A stretch of DNA of 64,000 bases from Azolla caroliniana (taxonomy: Eukaryota; Plantae; Polypodiophyta). Location: contig JBHGNT010000008.1 of assembly GCA_043228905.1 (NCBI GenBank), forward strand, positions 15,190,001-15,254,000, given 5' to 3'. Under the pieces are notes generated by a model. That model was not told the origin of the DNA. It made no database searches and worked only from the letters and a program-made list of their open reading frames with translations. The position numbers and the translations under genes are program-made. Positions 61,401 to 64,000 of the stretch are shown in pieces (position 1 is the first letter of the stretch; each line of letters begins with the position of its first letter).

Positions 61401-63799
61401 AGTTGAAACCGGAATCGAACAACACCCTGAATCGGATTCGGATGAAGAACAAACGCATGAGATATCCACTCCGGGAAAGAAGAGCCCCCCGGAGATTTCC
61501 GGATGCAGAGCATGTGCTGTTGACCAATGAGGGGGAGCCGGAAAGCTTCGAAGAAGCAAAGGATGACACCCATAGCCACAAGTGGTGAAGTGCCATGCAA
61601 GACGAGATGGATTCCCTGCATGAGAACCACACGTATGAATTGGTGGAGTTGCTGAAAGGAAAGAGGGCACTCCGAAACAAGTGGGTGTATAAGCTGCAAC
61701 CGGGAGATACCGGCAACCCCCCAAGGTACAAAGCCAGGATCGTGGTGAAGGGGTTCCAACAAAAGAAGGGAGTGGACTTCGACAAGATATTTGCCCCGGT
61801 AGTAAACATGACTTCCATCCGGATGGTACTAAGCATAGCCGCAAGCATGGATCTCGAGGTAGAGTAGTTAGACGTGAAGACGGCGTTCCTTCACGGTGAC
61901 CTTGAAGAGGAGATCTACATGCAGCAACCGGAAGGATTTGTGAAGAAAGGGAAGGAGCACCTTGTTTGCCAGTTGAAGAAGAGCCTATACGGACTAATGC
62001 AGGCTCCTCGGCAATGGTACCGGAAGTTTGACTCCTTCATGACTAATCAAGGGTACCACAAGACGCAGGCCGATCACTTCGTATTTGTGAAGAATTTCGA
62101 AGGTGGAGACTTCCTGATACTCCTATACGTGGATGACATGTTGATCGTTGGACGAGACCTAGTCAAGATACGGATGCTAAAGAAGGCTCTGAACCGGACC
62201 TTCTCAATGAAAGACTTGGTTCCGGCAAGACAAATATTGGAGATGCATATCATCCGGGACCGGTCAAAGAAGCAATTGTGGTTATCACAGGAGAAGTACG
62301 TGACAATGGTGCTTTAGCGGTTCAACATGTCAGATGCTAAACCGGTCGGATCGACACTCCCGAAAAACTGCAGGTTATCCGATAAGCAAAGCCCAAACAT
62401 GAAGGCAGAGAAGGCGGATATGATTAAGATACCATATGTCTCTGCCGTCGGGAGCTTAATGTATGCAATGGTGTGTACCCGACCGGATATCAGATACGCA
62501 GTCAGAGTGGTGAGCCGGTTCATGAGCAATCCCAGCAAGGACCACTAGAATGCAGTAAAATGGATACTACGGTACTTGAAAGGCACCTCAAGTATGTGTC
62601 TCCGATTCGGCACCGGTAAACCCCAACTTGACGGTTTCGCCGATTCGAATATATTGGCTGATGCAGATACTAGCCGGTCAACATCCGGATACATCATGAC
62701 ATATGCGGGGGGAGCTGTTTCGTGGTAGTTGATGCTGCATAAAACGGTTGCGTTGTCAACCACAAAAGCGGAGTACATGGTAGCTGTGGAAGCTAGCAAG
62801 GAAATAATGTGGATGAAGGACTTCATCAGAGAGCTAGGGATCCGGTAAGAGGAATATCGGCTCTACTGCGACAGTCAAAGTGGCATCCACCTTGCGAAGA
62901 ACGCATCGTATCATTCCAGGATGAAGCACATCCAACGGAGTTACCACTGGATTCGGGAGCGAGTGGAAGATCGAGAGTTCATGCTAACGAAGATCCACAC
63001 GGAGGAGAATGGGTCAGAGATATGCTGACCAAGATGCTGACACCCGACAAGTTGGACGCATGCCAGAAGCGGATCGGACTGACGAGGCATCCCATGTTGG
63101 AGTGAAGGGGGAGTTTTTTAGGATCTCGGTCCCTCCGGATGGGATGATGAAGGCCCGATGACAACCGGATGATGAAGGCTCGGTGAGAACCGAATGATGC
63201 AAACCCGGTGAGAACCGGATAATGAGTACCCGGCAAGGAAGAACTAGTGAGAACCGGATGTTGCAAGCCCGATTAGAACCTCTCACCGGATGAAGGGACA
63301 TATATGTAAATATGTTCTAGAGAGCCCATTGGGGGCTATATTTGTGAATAGCCCGAAAGTCATATTAGTATAAATATGACCTAGGGAAAACCCTTGGTAG
63401 TTGTTGTCATTATTTGTTGTATAGAGTTATTGGTGTAACTGTTGTACAGAGTGTAGCAGAGCGAAAGAGAGAGAGAAAGAGAGAGAGATAGAGTGTATCT
63501 CTGTTGTAACCGCCGCCATGCGAAGATTGTGAGCACGAGGTCGTTGCGTCTATGTTCCTCTGTTGTATTCCTCTGTTGTATTCCGCTGCCATAGTGATAG
63601 TTTGGAGCTTGTGGGCTCCCGGGTTTTTCCCATTTAGGGTTCTCCACGTAAACGTATTGTGTACTCTCTTTTCAGTGTTTCCTTTTATTTTTGTGTATAT
63701 GTGCATTTATCTCCACGTTCCCATTTTTGTGTTTGTAATTATCAACGAAGTAATCGAAGACTCGGTTGTGGCCGAGCATTATTCTACATATTCTCAACA
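58419..63799 (+). mobile_element. Full-length decayed Ty1/copia element (Tnt1/Tork-like); copia-3
   Basis: LTRs 58419-59065 and 63116-63799, TSD TTCAT, PBS TGGTATCATAGC 59069-59080, PPT GAAGGGGGAG. Gag from 59096, CFYCGKSGH, WVVDSGAS, KTAFLHGDLEEEIYM and YVDDM, with many stops. Confidence 0.96.
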
Positions 63800-64000
63800 T
63801 TCATGAGGGGTTAGAGTTTCATCAGTCCCATGGTTGTACTTAAAGGGAGGTAGGTTATTAATTTCTACGTCATTTGCAAGAAACCAACTCAACACAGTGC
63901 TATACCAAGAGGTAGTGTCTCCAGACGCATGTAGGGATCGGGATGTCTCAAAGGCTCGACGGGATATCCTATCTTATGGTTGGCTATGTATCCAATGAGT

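Overview
Plant heterochromatin-like window, probably a non-seed land plant such as a fern or lycophyte (inferred from the mix of retrotransposon lineages). Most of it is nested transposable elements. LTR retrotransposons include one apparently intact young Tf1/Tcn1-type chromovirus (48474-54050, LTRs identical by eye, TSD GTCTG), two partial relatives, three decayed Tnt1/Tork-like copia elements, Phygy/Selgy-like gypsy fragments and several solo LTRs; a LINE 3' end is also present. The only host gene is a three-exon class II (COMT-like) O-methyltransferase with one nonsense codon, plus a partial tandem duplicate. The most unusual object is a ~10.4-kb DNA transposon (30383-40822; 25-bp TIRs, 4-bp TSD TTGC). 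It carries a Sola2-like DDD transposase, a convergent accessory gene with an FCP1/NIF-like phosphatase fold, and two large arrays of the palindrome TAGCTAATTAGCTA. A second theme is tRNA-like A-box/B-box modules placed antisense at the outer end of the chromovirus LTRs and inside a local tandem repeat. The intact chromovirus also shows a self-priming PBS and a -1 frameshift signal. All calls were made by eye; no searches were run.
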